In this document: one piece after another, positions 18,405-27,290 of the stretch
Numbering within the stretch: position 1 is the first letter of the stretch
Layout: the number at the start of each line of letters is the position of its first letter
Source: Actinomycetota bacterium
GTDB taxonomy: Bacteria > Actinomycetota > Acidimicrobiia > Acidimicrobiales > Ilumatobacteraceae
Assembly (NCBI GenBank): GCA_029978335.1
Contig: JAPOJQ010000006.1
Span: 864-64,863, forward strand
Reading direction: 5' to 3'
DNA: 64,000 nucleotides
The notes under the pieces: generated by a model
What the model was told of the DNA's origin: nothing
What the model saw: only the letters and a program-made list of their open reading frames with translations
The model's database searches: none
Translations under genes and position numbers: made by a program

Positions 18405-19745
18405 ATGGCTGACAACATGCGCAGTGGTTCAACCCGTCGAGCCGACCAGGTGGTGGGGGTTGTTGGTGTTGGGTATGTGGGGTTGACGACGGGTGCGTGT
18501 TTGGCGTCGTTGGGTCATCGTGTGGTGTGTGGTGATGTTGATGTTGCGAAGGTGGAGCGTTTGCGTCGTGGTGAGATCCCGATTGTTGAGGCGGGGTTGT
18601 CTGAGGTGGTGGCTGAGGGGTTGGCGTCGGGTCGGTTGGAGTTTGTGGTGGGGGCGGCTGCGGTTGCTTCGGTTGCTGATGTGGTGTTTTTGTGTGTGCC
18701 GACCCCGCAGGGTGATGATGGTTCGGCTGATTTGAGTTTTATTCGGGCGGCGTCGGCGGAGATTGGTCCGGTGTTGCGGTCGGGCAGTGTGGTGGTGAAT
18801 AAGTCGACAGTGCCGGTGGGTTCGACGCGTGTGGTGGAGAGTGTGATTCAGCGCAGCGATGTGTCGGTGGTATCGAATCCGGAGTTTTTGCGTGAGGGCA
18901 CGGCGGTTCGGGATTTTTTGGAGCCGGATCGTGTGGTGGTGGGGTCGGCTGATCGTGCGGCTGCGCATCGGGTGGCTGATTTGTATCGGTCGTTGGACAC
19001 GCATGTGTTGGTGACGGATGCGGCGTCGGCTGAAACGATCAAGTACGCGGCGAACGGGTTTTTGGCGATGAAGATTTCGTTTGTGAATGCGGTGGCGGCG
19101 ATGTGTGAAGCGGTGGGTGCTGATGTTGCTGATGTGGTGGAAGGGATTGGTTCGGATCATCGGATCGGTCGTGAGTTTTTGCGTCCGGGTCCGGGGTGGG
19201 GTGGGAGTTGTTTCCCGAAGGATTCGCATGCGTTGGTGCATGTGGCGGCGTCGCATGGTTATGACTTCTCGTTGATGCGCGGTGTGATTGATGTGAATAC
19301 CGAGCAGCGTGAGCGGATGGTGCGCAAGGTGCAGGTGGCTGCGGGCCGTGATGATCTGTCGGGTGTGACGGTGGGTGTGTTGGGGTTGACGTTCAAGGCG
19401 GGCACCGATGATTTGCGTGATTCGCCGTCGCTCGGTGTGATTGGCCGGTTGCGTGCGTTGGGGGCCACGGTGCGGGCGTTCGATCCGACGACGACGGGGG
19501 AGTTGTCGGCGGTGCAGGACCCGTATTTGTCGGGGATTGAGGTGTGTCAGTCCGCTGAGGATGCGGTGCGTGGGGTTGATGTGTTGGTGGTGGCGACGGA
19601 GTGGCCCGAGTTCTGCGGGTTGGAACCGTCACGGATCGCCGAGTTGATGGCCGGTAAGAGCGTGGTTGATATGCGGAACCTCTTCGATCCATCATCGATT
19701 CGTTCGTCGGGGTTGACCTATGACGGTGTCGGACGGCCGAGATGA
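18405..19745 (+). CDS. ugd: UDP-glucose 6-dehydrogenase
   Basis: It has [18 protein letters not shown] (Rossmann fold), GGSCFPKD (catalytic Cys) and [20 protein letters not shown] lies 8 nt upstream of the ATG. Codon usage is strikingly atypical (see findings). Confidence 0.9.
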   Translation: MADNMRSGSTRRADQVVGVVGVGYVGLTTGACLASLGHRVVCGDVDVAKVERLRRGEIPIVEAGLSEVVAEGLASGRLEFVVGAAAVASVADVVFLCVPTPQGDDGSADLSFIRAASAEIGPVLRSGSVVVNKSTVPVGSTRVVESVIQRSDVSVVSNPEFLREGTAVRDFLEPDRVVVGSADRAAAHRVADLYRSLDTHVLVTDAASAETIKYAANGFLAMKISFVNAVAAMCEAVGADVADVVEGIGSDHRIGREFLRPGPGWGGSCFPKDSHALVHVAASHGYDFSLMRGVIDVNTEQRERMVRKVQVAAGRDDLSGVTVGVLGLTFKAGTDDLRDSPSLGVIGRLRALGATVRAFDPTTTGELSAVQDPYLSGIEVCQSAEDAVRGVDVLVVATEWPEFCGLEPSRIAELMAGKSVVDMRNLFDPSSIRSSGLTYDGVGRPR

Positions 19746-20725
19746 CCGCCGGACCGGTCGAACGTGGCCACTGGGTGCTGATCGCGGGTGGCGCCGGATT
19801 CATCGGATCGCATCTGTGTGACCGGTTGCTCGATGCTGGGCATCGGGTGATCTGTGTTGATGACTTGTCGACCGGGCGTCGAGCGAACATCGCGCATCTG
19901 GAACGTCGAGACGACTTCTGTTTTCTTGAACGTGACGTGTGCGCTGGCGGTCTCGTTGACGCGGTTGCTGCTGCGATCGATGGCGGCCGGGTATCGGCGG
20001 TGTTGCACCTGGCCAGCCCGGCGTCACCACCGGTGTATCTCGCACGTCCACTCGAAACCCTTGCGGTCGGGTCGACCGGCACCGCCAACCTGATCGCTGT
20101 CGCCGAGGCGCACGCTGCCCGGTTCTTGTTGGCGTCGACGAGCGAGGTGTACGGCGACCCGCTCGAACATCCCCAAACCGAAACCTATTGGGGCAACGTG
20201 AACCCGATTGGGGAACGCTCGGTGTATGACGAAGCAAAACGGTTCGCTGAGGCACTCACCGCCGCCCATCAGCGTGCGAATGGTCTCGATGCTCGCATCG
20301 TGCGGATCTTCAATACCTATGGCCCGCGGATGCAACCCGACGACGGACGGGTCGTCACGAACCTCGTGCATCAAGCACTTGAGGGTCGCCCATTGACGAT
20401 CTACGGCGACGGCACCCAGACCCGCAGTTTCTGCTACGTCGATGACGAAACCGCCGGCATCGTGGCGTTGCTCGACTCGGACGTGACCGGGCCGGTGAAC
20501 ATCGGCAACCCCAACGAGTTCACGGTCCTCGAACTCGCGAACACCATTCGAACCATCCTCGATGTCGACCCCGGGCTCGAACATCGCCCGCTCCCATCCG
20601 ACGACCCGAAGATCCGTCAACCCGACATCACCCGCGCGCGCACCCTCCTCGGATGGGAACCCGCCATCACCCTCGCGGACGGCCTCGCCCGAATGATTGC
20701 GTCGATCCGATCAGCCTCGAACTGA
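19742..20725 (+). CDS. uxs: UDP-glucuronate decarboxylase (UDP-xylose synthase-type extended SDR)
   Basis: It has [34 protein letters not shown] (YxxxK) and [10 protein letters not shown]. It shares an ATGA overlap with ugd. Confidence 0.8.
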   Translation: MTAGPVERGHWVLIAGGAGFIGSHLCDRLLDAGHRVICVDDLSTGRRANIAHLERRDDFCFLERDVCAGGLVDAVAAAIDGGRVSAVLHLASPASPPVYLARPLETLAVGSTGTANLIAVAEAHAARFLLASTSEVYGDPLEHPQTETYWGNVNPIGERSVYDEAKRFAEALTAAHQRANGLDARIVRIFNTYGPRMQPDDGRVVTNLVHQALEGRPLTIYGDGTQTRSFCYVDDETAGIVALLDSDVTGPVNIGNPNEFTVLELANTIRTILDVDPGLEHRPLPSDDPKIRQPDITRARTLLGWEPAITLADGLARMIASIRSASN

Positions 20726-20811
20726 CCTGACTCTTCACTCCCGGTTGCTGGGTCCTAGGATCCGATGACGTGCCGCGCAGCAGGATCATCCATAACCGGG
20801 TGGTTCGATCG

Positions 20812-22092
20812 ATGCGTCCAGACGTCTTCTCGCAGCGACGTGACGAACTTCAGAAGTTGGTACGACGTTCGCGAGAGGTGGTGCTGTTGGCCGCGCTGAC
20901 CGGTGTGGTGACCGGGCTCGCCGTCCGACTGTTCGAACTCGCCGTTGACGAGGTGTATCACCAATTGGTTGCGGCCCCGCTCTGGTTGGGCGCAATCGCC
21001 CCGGTGATTGGTCTGATCATTGCTGCGATCGCGTTACGGACAATTGGCGCTGGTGTATCGCCGTCGACCTCTGATGAGTATCTCCATGCCTTCCACGACT
21101 CGACGTACCGTTTGGGTGCTCGAGCGCTCACCGCTCGCATCGTGGCGGCGATCGCCACACTTGGTTCCGGCGGCGCTCTCGGCCTTGAAGGGCCGTCGCT
21201 CTATGGCGGGTCTGCGCTCGGCGCGCAGATCCAGCGGCGCTTGAAGGGACGCTTCCGTGGCAGCGATCACCGAACCCTGTTGGTCGCAGGTGCCGCCGCT
21301 GGCGTAGCGGCAATCTTCAAGGCCCCCGCAACGGGGGCGATCTTTGCACTCGAAGTGCCGTACAGAGACGATCTCGCCCGACGAATGTTGCTGCCGGCGT
21401 TGGTGTCAAGCGCCACTGGTTACTTCACCTTTGTGTCGTTGAGCGACACGGCACCGTTGCTGTCGGCCACCGTGATTCCGATTCCGCAGTTTGAGATTCG
21501 TGATCTCTTTGGTGCGCTTGCCATCGGAGTGGCCTGTGCCATAGGCGCTCGTGCATTCGCAAAGGTCATTCGAATTGCCAAGGGCCTCACGGTGCGGTCG
21601 TTCCCGATCCGCCTGGCGATTGCGTCGGTCTCGCTTGTTGGCCTGTTCATCGTGTCTCGCCAACTCACCGGCCTCAGCCTCAGCCTCGGTGCTGGGTACG
21701 AGGTACTGCGCGAGTGGCTCTTCGTCGAGGCTGACATTGCAGTCTGGCTGTTGATCGCCGTGTTCATGATTCGTTCGATGGCTTCTGCGGCGACGGTGGT
21801 TGGTGGCGGCGTGGGCGGTGTCTTCGTGCCGTTGGTCGTCGGCGGTGCGATTGTTGGTCGTGCCGTGGGGGAGGTTGTGCACCCCGAGCGATTCACGCTG
21901 TACACCCTCATCGGCATTGCAGCCTTCCTCGGTGCTGGGTATCGAGTGCCTCTGGCAGCCGTGATGTTCGTCGCGGAGACGACTGGCCGACCCAATTTCA
22001 TCGTGCCTGCATTGTTTGCGGCGGTCGCGGCAGAACTGGTGATGGGCGACCAATCGATTACGAGTTACCAGCGCAATCCGGGCCGCCTCTAA
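20812..22092 (+). CDS. ClC-family voltage-gated chloride channel / H+-Cl- antiporter
   Basis: It has GSGGALGLEGPSLYGG (GxEGP selectivity motif), GIFALEV and GGVFVPLVVGG. ORF 20770-22092; I set the start to ATG 20812, which is uncertain. Confidence 0.85.
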   Translation: MRPDVFSQRRDELQKLVRRSREVVLLAALTGVVTGLAVRLFELAVDEVYHQLVAAPLWLGAIAPVIGLIIAAIALRTIGAGVSPSTSDEYLHAFHDSTYRLGARALTARIVAAIATLGSGGALGLEGPSLYGGSALGAQIQRRLKGRFRGSDHRTLLVAGAAAGVAAIFKAPATGAIFALEVPYRDDLARRMLLPALVSSATGYFTFVSLSDTAPLLSATVIPIPQFEIRDLFGALAIGVACAIGARAFAKVIRIAKGLTVRSFPIRLAIASVSLVGLFIVSRQLTGLSLSLGAGYEVLREWLFVEADIAVWLLIAVFMIRSMASAATVVGGGVGGVFVPLVVGGAIVGRAVGEVVHPERFTLYTLIGIAAFLGAGYRVPLAAVMFVAETTGRPNFIVPALFAAVAAELVMGDQSITSYQRNPGRL

Positions 22093-22138
22093 GCGCGCCG
22101 AGTCGGGGCAACTGGGCGTCGACTGTCAGAATCGCCCG

Positions 22139-23998
22139 ATGGGGATGTCACAGGGTTCGCTCATCGAGGTCACTGCTGAAATGCAGGGGACGGTGGTGAT
22201 GTGGGAAGTGTCGATTGGTGATGCGGTACGCGCCGGACAGGTGCTCGGTCTTCTCGAGTCGATGAAATTGCATCACGACATCGCTGCAACGACTGCTGGC
22301 GTGGTGACCGAATTCGCGGTCGCGGCGGGCGGTACGGCGCGGCCAGGCGATGTGCTGTTGCGCATCGATTCTTCGGCGGCTGGTTCGCACCCAGCACCCG
22401 AACACGATGACGCCCCCGCTGCATCCGCGGTTCCTACTGGACTGGCACGGCCCGATCTCGCGGAGGTCGTGGAGCGGCATCGACTCGGCACCGATGTGGC
22501 TCGTCCTGATGCCGTTGCCCGTCGACGGAGCCGTGGCCATCGCACCGCCCGTGAGAACGTCGAGGACTTGATCGATCCGGGCTCACTCGTCGAGTACGGG
22601 CCGCTCGTCGTGGCGGCGCAGCGCAAACGACGCGATCTCGCCGACCTAGTGGCCAACACACCGGCCGACGGTCTCGTCGGCGGCGTGGCAACAGTCAATG
22701 GCGAGCACTTTGCTGGTCGCGACGCCCAATGCATCGTTATGTCGTACGACTACACGGTGCTCGCCGGCACGCAGGGGCATCAAAACCATCGCAAGAAGGA
22801 TCGTCTGTTTGAACTCGCTGATCGGCTTCGCGTACCGGTCGTGTTCTTCACCGAAGGCGGTGGCGGTCGCCCTGGTGATACCGACACCGGCGGCGTGACG
22901 GGTCTCGACTGTCTTGCCTTTTTGTGGTGGGGCCAGTTGTCGGGAACGGTGCCAACAGTTGGCATCAACGCTGGATACTGCTTTGCTGGCAACGCTGCAA
23001 TTCTCGGTTGTTGTGATGTCGTCATTGCCACGCGCGACTCGAACATTGGCATGGGTGGGCCAGCGATGATCGAAGGCGGAGGGCTCGGCGTGTACGAACC
23101 GACCGAGATCGGTCCGACGTCAGTGCAGGCGGCCAATGGCGTGATCGACATCCTTGTGGAGGACGAAGCCGAAGCAGTTGCGGTGGCAAAGCGGTACTTG
23201 TCGTACTTCCAGGGATCGATCGATGGGTGGGGGTGCGCGGATCAGGAGCACTTACGTGACGTGGTCCCAGTTGATCGCTTGCGCGCCTATGACGTGCGAC
23301 GCGCGATCGAAGGACTGTTCGACACTGACAGCGTGCTTGAGCTGCGTCGTGATTTCGGGGTCGGCATGATCACTGCTTTGGCGCGGATCGAAGGCATGCC
23401 GGTCGGTGTGATCGCCAACAATCCAGCACACCTCGCAGGAGCAATCGATTCCGATGGCGCCGACAAGGCGGCACGATTCATGCAGTTGTGCGATGCGCAT
23501 GGCATCCCGATCATCACCCTCGTCGACACTCCGGGAATGATGGTCGGACCCGACGTTGAGCAGACGGCGCTCGTTCGCCACTGCAGCCGACTGTTTGTGA
23601 CCGGAGCGAACGTGTCGGTGCCGATGATCTCAGTGGTGCTGCGCAAGTCGTATGGTCTCGGCGCGCAGGCGATGATGGGTGGGAGCACGAAGGCACCGTT
23701 GGCGTGCCTCGCCTGGCCAACTGGAGAGTTTGGCGGGATGGGACTTGAGGGCTATGTGCGTCTCGGCTACCGCAAAGAACTTGAAGCGGCGGGTTCACCC
23801 GAGGCGTCCGAGCAACTGTTCCGTGAACTCGTCGACCGGCTCTACGAACACGGCAAGGCGTTGAGTATCGCGACGTGGTTCGAAATCGACGATGTCATCG
23901 ATCCGGCCGATACCCGACGTTGGCTCTCGACGCTATTGCGGTCGGCGCCTCCGGTTGATCGCTCGCAACCGCGCCGCCCTCAGGTCGATACCTGGTGA
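22139..23998 (+). CDS. fusion protein: N-terminal biotinyl (BCCP) domain + acyl-CoA carboxyltransferase domain (PccB/AccD-like)
   Basis: Residues 1-75 read ..VMWEVSIGDAVRAGQVLGLLESMKLHHDIAA..PGDVLLRID, a biotin-attachment (A/S)MK(M/L) motif. A Pro/Ala linker follows. The carboxyltransferase region then has ..RTARENVEDLIDPGSLVEYG.., ..FFTEGGGGRPGD.. and two crotonase-like halves. Confidence 0.8.
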   Translation: MGMSQGSLIEVTAEMQGTVVMWEVSIGDAVRAGQVLGLLESMKLHHDIAATTAGVVTEFAVAAGGTARPGDVLLRIDSSAAGSHPAPEHDDAPAASAVPTGLARPDLAEVVERHRLGTDVARPDAVARRRSRGHRTARENVEDLIDPGSLVEYGPLVVAAQRKRRDLADLVANTPADGLVGGVATVNGEHFAGRDAQCIVMSYDYTVLAGTQGHQNHRKKDRLFELADRLRVPVVFFTEGGGGRPGDTDTGGVTGLDCLAFLWWGQLSGTVPTVGINAGYCFAGNAAILGCCDVVIATRDSNIGMGGPAMIEGGGLGVYEPTEIGPTSVQAANGVIDILVEDEAEAVAVAKRYLSYFQGSIDGWGCADQEHLRDVVPVDRLRAYDVRRAIEGLFDTDSVLELRRDFGVGMITALARIEGMPVGVIANNPAHLAGAIDSDGADKAARFMQLCDAHGIPIITLVDTPGMMVGPDVEQTALVRHCSRLFVTGANVSVPMISVVLRKSYGLGAQAMMGGSTKAPLACLAWPTGEFGGMGLEGYVRLGYRKELEAAGSPEASEQLFRELVDRLYEHGKALSIATWFEIDDVIDPADTRRWLSTLLRSAPPVDRSQPRRPQVDTW

Positions 23999-24013
23999 AT
24001 GACGCCGAAGTGA

Positions 24014-24691
24014 TTAGTGCTGGAACACGAAATTCGATGCTTTGACAATGCCCATCGTGGCCGAGGAGGCAACCGAGTAGCGGTGGCCTGGGTACAACAC
24101 GACATCGTCGGGGATCGTGTGCAACATGCCGAGGCTCGCCGCCATTGCTGCAGGATCTGAGCCGGGCAGATCGGTTCGCCCGCACCCATCGAGGAAGAGC
24201 GTGTCGCCTGCGACAAGACGGCCATCCACCAGGAAGCATTGGCTGCCCGGAGTGTGGCCCGGAGTGTGCAGCAATGAAATATCGATAGCGCCGACCAACA
24301 CGTGGTCACCCGGGTCGTGGGCCACAAGATTCGCTGCGGTCACGCCAGCAGTCCGCTCCATCCACGGCACCTCATCGCGTTGTACATGGATCGGACAGTC
24401 CACATGTCCCAGCAGTGCTGCTACCCCCTCGATGTCGTGACCCATGATGGATCCACCGACGTGGTCAGCGTGGTAGTGGGTCGCCAGCACCCCGGTCACG
24501 TGCATGCCGTCGGATGCCACGACGTCAACGAGATCGGCGACGTTCCATGCCGGGTCGACCAATACACACTCACCGGTGACTCGGTCGCCGATCGCGTAGG
24601 CGAAGTTCACCATCTGCGTTGCGAATGGGTCACCTACGGCGAAATCCCGTCCGGCGAGCAACTGTCGGAAGTAGAGGCGATCATCTGCCAT
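24014..24691 (-). CDS. MBL-fold metallo-hydrolase (glyoxalase-II-like)
   Basis: It has VLATHYHADHVGG (HxHxDH), HTPGHTPGS and GDTLFLDGCGR. Confidence 0.85.
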   Translation of the reverse strand: MADDRLYFRQLLAGRDFAVGDPFATQMVNFAYAIGDRVTGECVLVDPAWNVADLVDVVASDGMHVTGVLATHYHADHVGGSIMGHDIEGVAALLGHVDCPIHVQRDEVPWMERTAGVTAANLVAHDPGDHVLVGAIDISLLHTPGHTPGSQCFLVDGRLVAGDTLFLDGCGRTDLPGSDPAAMAASLGMLHTIPDDVVLYPGHRYSVASSATMGIVKASNFVFQH

Positions 24692-24695
24692 GAGG

Positions 24696-24709
24696 TGAGC
24701 GTACGCTCA
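24696..24709. promoter_or_regulatory. perfect 14-bp palindrome TGAGCGTACGCTCA between divergent start codons (candidate operator)
   Basis: Read directly from the sequence: cat(24689-24691) gagg TGAGCGT ACGCTCA tg. The last base of the palindrome is the A of the ATG at 24709. Confidence 0.35.
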
Positions 24710-25836
24710 TGACCGTGACGACCGCATCTCTCTCCTCATCACGATCCGACATCGTGCGCTACGGCGTGATTGGCACCGGCATGATGGGCGTTGAGCACAT
24801 TGAGAACATTGCGCATCTCGACGGAGCAGTCGTGACGGCGATCTCTGACCCGGTGGAGGAGCGCCGCACCATCGGAGCCGCCACAGTGGCATCGTTTGGT
24901 GCGGACGCACCAACGGTGTTCGCGAGTCATCGCGAGTTGCTCGCGTCGGGTCTGGTCGATGCAGTGGTCATCGCTTCGCCCAATTTCACCCATGTTGATG
25001 TGTTGGGTGACGTGCTCGATTCGGGCGTGCACGTGATGGTCGAGAAGCCCTTGTGCACCACCGTTGCCGACTGTCGCCGAATGGTTACTGCAGCAGCCGC
25101 AGGGCCGAGTGATCGTGTGGTCTGGATGGGGCTTGAGTATCGCTACATGCCGCCGACTACTGCGCTGCTCGCCCAGGTGCGCTCGGGAGTCGTGGGCAAC
25201 GTGAAGATGGTGGCGATTCGTGAGCATCGGTTTCCGTTCCTCGTCAAGGTCGGCAACTGGAATCGCTTCACCCGCAATACCGGCGGAACACTCGTCGAGA
25301 AGTGCTGCCACTTTTTCGATCTGATGCGTCTTGCCGCCGACGCTGACCCGGTGCGGGTGATGGCTTCTGGTGGCCAAGACGTCAACCATCTCGATGAGGT
25401 CTACAACGGTGAGGTGCCCGACATTTTGGACAATGCCTATGTGATCGTCGAATTTGCTAACGGGGTCCGCGGGATGCTTGACCTTTGCATGTTTGCCGAA
25501 GCAAGTGTGAACGAACAAGAGATCGCAGTGACCGGTGACGAGGGCAAGGTCGAGGCATTGGTGACTGAGTCGGTGCTGCGGGTTGGGCGTCGCTCCGATG
25601 GCTTACATGTTGTCGACGAGCGTCCGATCATCGCCGATGGTGTCCGACATGTTGGCCTGCATCATGGTGCGAGCTATCTCGAACATGTGGACTTCATCGA
25701 GTCGGTACGCGCCGGCCGTCCCGCAGCTGTCACCTTGGACGACGGACTCTGGTCGGTGGCGATGGGGGCAGCGGCTCATCGTTCGATCGAGCTCGGTCGT
25801 CCCGTGTTGATCGCCGAGGTCATGGCCGATGGCTGA
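24709..25836 (+). CDS. Gfo/Idh/MocA-family NAD(P)-dependent oxidoreductase
   Basis: It has VRYGVIGTGMMGVEHIENI (N-terminal Rossmann fold), EKPL and a C-terminal alpha/beta domain. Confidence 0.85.
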   Translation: MTVTTASLSSSRSDIVRYGVIGTGMMGVEHIENIAHLDGAVVTAISDPVEERRTIGAATVASFGADAPTVFASHRELLASGLVDAVVIASPNFTHVDVLGDVLDSGVHVMVEKPLCTTVADCRRMVTAAAAGPSDRVVWMGLEYRYMPPTTALLAQVRSGVVGNVKMVAIREHRFPFLVKVGNWNRFTRNTGGTLVEKCCHFFDLMRLAADADPVRVMASGGQDVNHLDEVYNGEVPDILDNAYVIVEFANGVRGMLDLCMFAEASVNEQEIAVTGDEGKVEALVTESVLRVGRRSDGLHVVDERPIIADGVRHVGLHHGASYLEHVDFIESVRAGRPAAVTLDDGLWSVAMGAAAHRSIELGRPVLIAEVMADG

Positions 25837-27289
25837 GGTGTTGAGGTCGCTGACCGAGGGACAACTCGTGGTCCTTGGAGGCGATCGGGTCGTTCGGGTC
25901 AACGCTGACCTGGCGGCGTCATTTCGTGACGGCGACCAACTGCTCGTTGCCGATGACGACCTACTCCATGTGCCCGCTTCGGAGTCGGCAATTGCGGCCG
26001 CTGCGGTTTCGTCCGCGGTGGACGCATTCCGTGCCTTGGCGGCATGTTCCGATGCGGCGATCGATGAGTTCTTCAATCGTTGCGCGGCGTTGCTCCGTGA
26101 TGCCGACGTCGCTGCAGCCTTGTTTGAGGCCAACGCCGCCGACGTCGCTGCGGCGAGAGCGCGCGGTCGGTCGACGACTCGGCTCGTGCTCGATGAACCG
26201 ATGTTGAGCGACATGGCTGCAGGTCTCGAAATGTGGCGTGATCTCCCGGTTGGTCGTGACGCGATCGTGTCGACGATCGAGAACGATGGTTGGTCGATCG
26301 ATGTCCGTCGGTCGCCTTTGGGCGTGGTGGGGTTCGTGTTCGAAGGTCGTCCCAACGTGGTTGCTGATGCAGCTGGCGTCGTGCGCACCGGCAACACGGC
26401 AGTCCTGCGCATCGGTTCGGACGCCTTGGGGACGGCGACCGCATTGCTCGATCATGCGTTACGCCCAGCGCTCACCGCTGCGGGTCTTCCGGTGGGCACC
26501 GTGGAGTTAGTCGCGTCACCGTCTCATGCAGCGGGTTGGGCATTGTTTGCCGATCGCCGGTTGTCGCTGGCGGTGGCACGTGGTTCAGGCGCTGCAGTGG
26601 CGCAACTCGGTGCCATTGCGCGCGCTGTAGGCACGCCGGCCAGTCTGCATGGCACCGGCGGGGCGTGGATGATCGTTGCCCCCGATGCCGACGCAGCTCG
26701 CCTCGAGGCGGTTGTTCGCAGTTCGCTCGATCGCAAGGTGTGCAACACGCTCAATGTCTGTTGCGTGCCGCGCTCGTCAGTGAGTCGCCTCCTACCAGCG
26801 GTACTTGCAGGCGCCGCTGCCGCCGGCCAAGCCCGGTCGACATCGTGCATCGTTCATGCTGTTGATGAAGTCGCGCAAGCCGTCGCGGTTGTCGGTTGCC
26901 CGGCGACGGTGACGCTGACAGGCCCACCGCTACAGGGTCCCGGCGTTGAGTGGGAATGGGAGAACCAACCAGAATTCACCCTCCTCATCGTCGACGATGT
27001 CGATGCGGCCGTTGCTCTATGTAATGAGCACAGCCCGCACTTTGTGGTGTCGGTGCTGACCGAAGACGCCGACGTTCTCGAGCGGGTGTACCGGTCGGTT
27101 GATGCGCCGTTCGTCGGCGATGGCTTCACCCGCTGGGTCGATGGCCAGTACGCCCTTAACGAGCCTGAACTCGGGCTATCGAATTGGGAACATGGTCGAT
27201 TGCTCGGTCGTGGCGGGGTGCTCACCGGGGCATCGGTGCATACCTTGCGGCTGTTCGCACGCGTCGTCGACCCGACGATGCATCGTTAG
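25829..27289 (+). CDS. gamma-glutamyl-phosphate reductase (ProA)-like aldehyde dehydrogenase paralogue
   Basis: PLGVVGFVFEGRPNVVADAAGVVRTGNTAVLRIGS and ..KVCNTLNVCCV.. resemble the ProA motifs (ESRPNV..D; catalytic C-N). It has a ~50-aa N-terminal extension, no proB nearby, and an 8-nt overlap with the upstream gene. Confidence 0.65.
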   Translation: MAEVLRSLTEGQLVVLGGDRVVRVNADLAASFRDGDQLLVADDDLLHVPASESAIAAAAVSSAVDAFRALAACSDAAIDEFFNRCAALLRDADVAAALFEANAADVAAARARGRSTTRLVLDEPMLSDMAAGLEMWRDLPVGRDAIVSTIENDGWSIDVRRSPLGVVGFVFEGRPNVVADAAGVVRTGNTAVLRIGSDALGTATALLDHALRPALTAAGLPVGTVELVASPSHAAGWALFADRRLSLAVARGSGAAVAQLGAIARAVGTPASLHGTGGAWMIVAPDADAARLEAVVRSSLDRKVCNTLNVCCVPRSSVSRLLPAVLAGAAAAGQARSTSCIVHAVDEVAQAVAVVGCPATVTLTGPPLQGPGVEWEWENQPEFTLLIVDDVDAAVALCNEHSPHFVVSVLTEDADVLERVYRSVDAPFVGDGFTRWVDGQYALNEPELGLSNWEHGRLLGRGGVLTGASVHTLRLFARVVDPTMHR

Positions 27290-27290
27290 G

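Noticed and set aside
18429-19256. A 275-aa stop-free frame, extremely basic (Arg/His-rich), antisense to ugd.
   Set aside because: It is most simply a by-product of the C-poor, A-poor coding strand of ugd, where few TTA/CTA/TCA trinucleotides occur. It has no start context or motif. I keep it only as a point to check under the ugd finding.
20744-20757. An imperfect palindrome GGGTCCTAGGATCC (core TCCTAGGA) between uxs and the ClC gene.
   Set aside because: It has two mismatches and a short 8-bp core that could occur by chance. I have no supporting context.
20786-20830. A GGTTCGATC string resembling a tRNA T-loop.
   Set aside because: Flanking bases do not form a T-stem or an acceptor stem, and the string lies in the 5' region of the ClC gene. 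I found no tRNA, rRNA or other recognisable RNA gene anywhere in the window.
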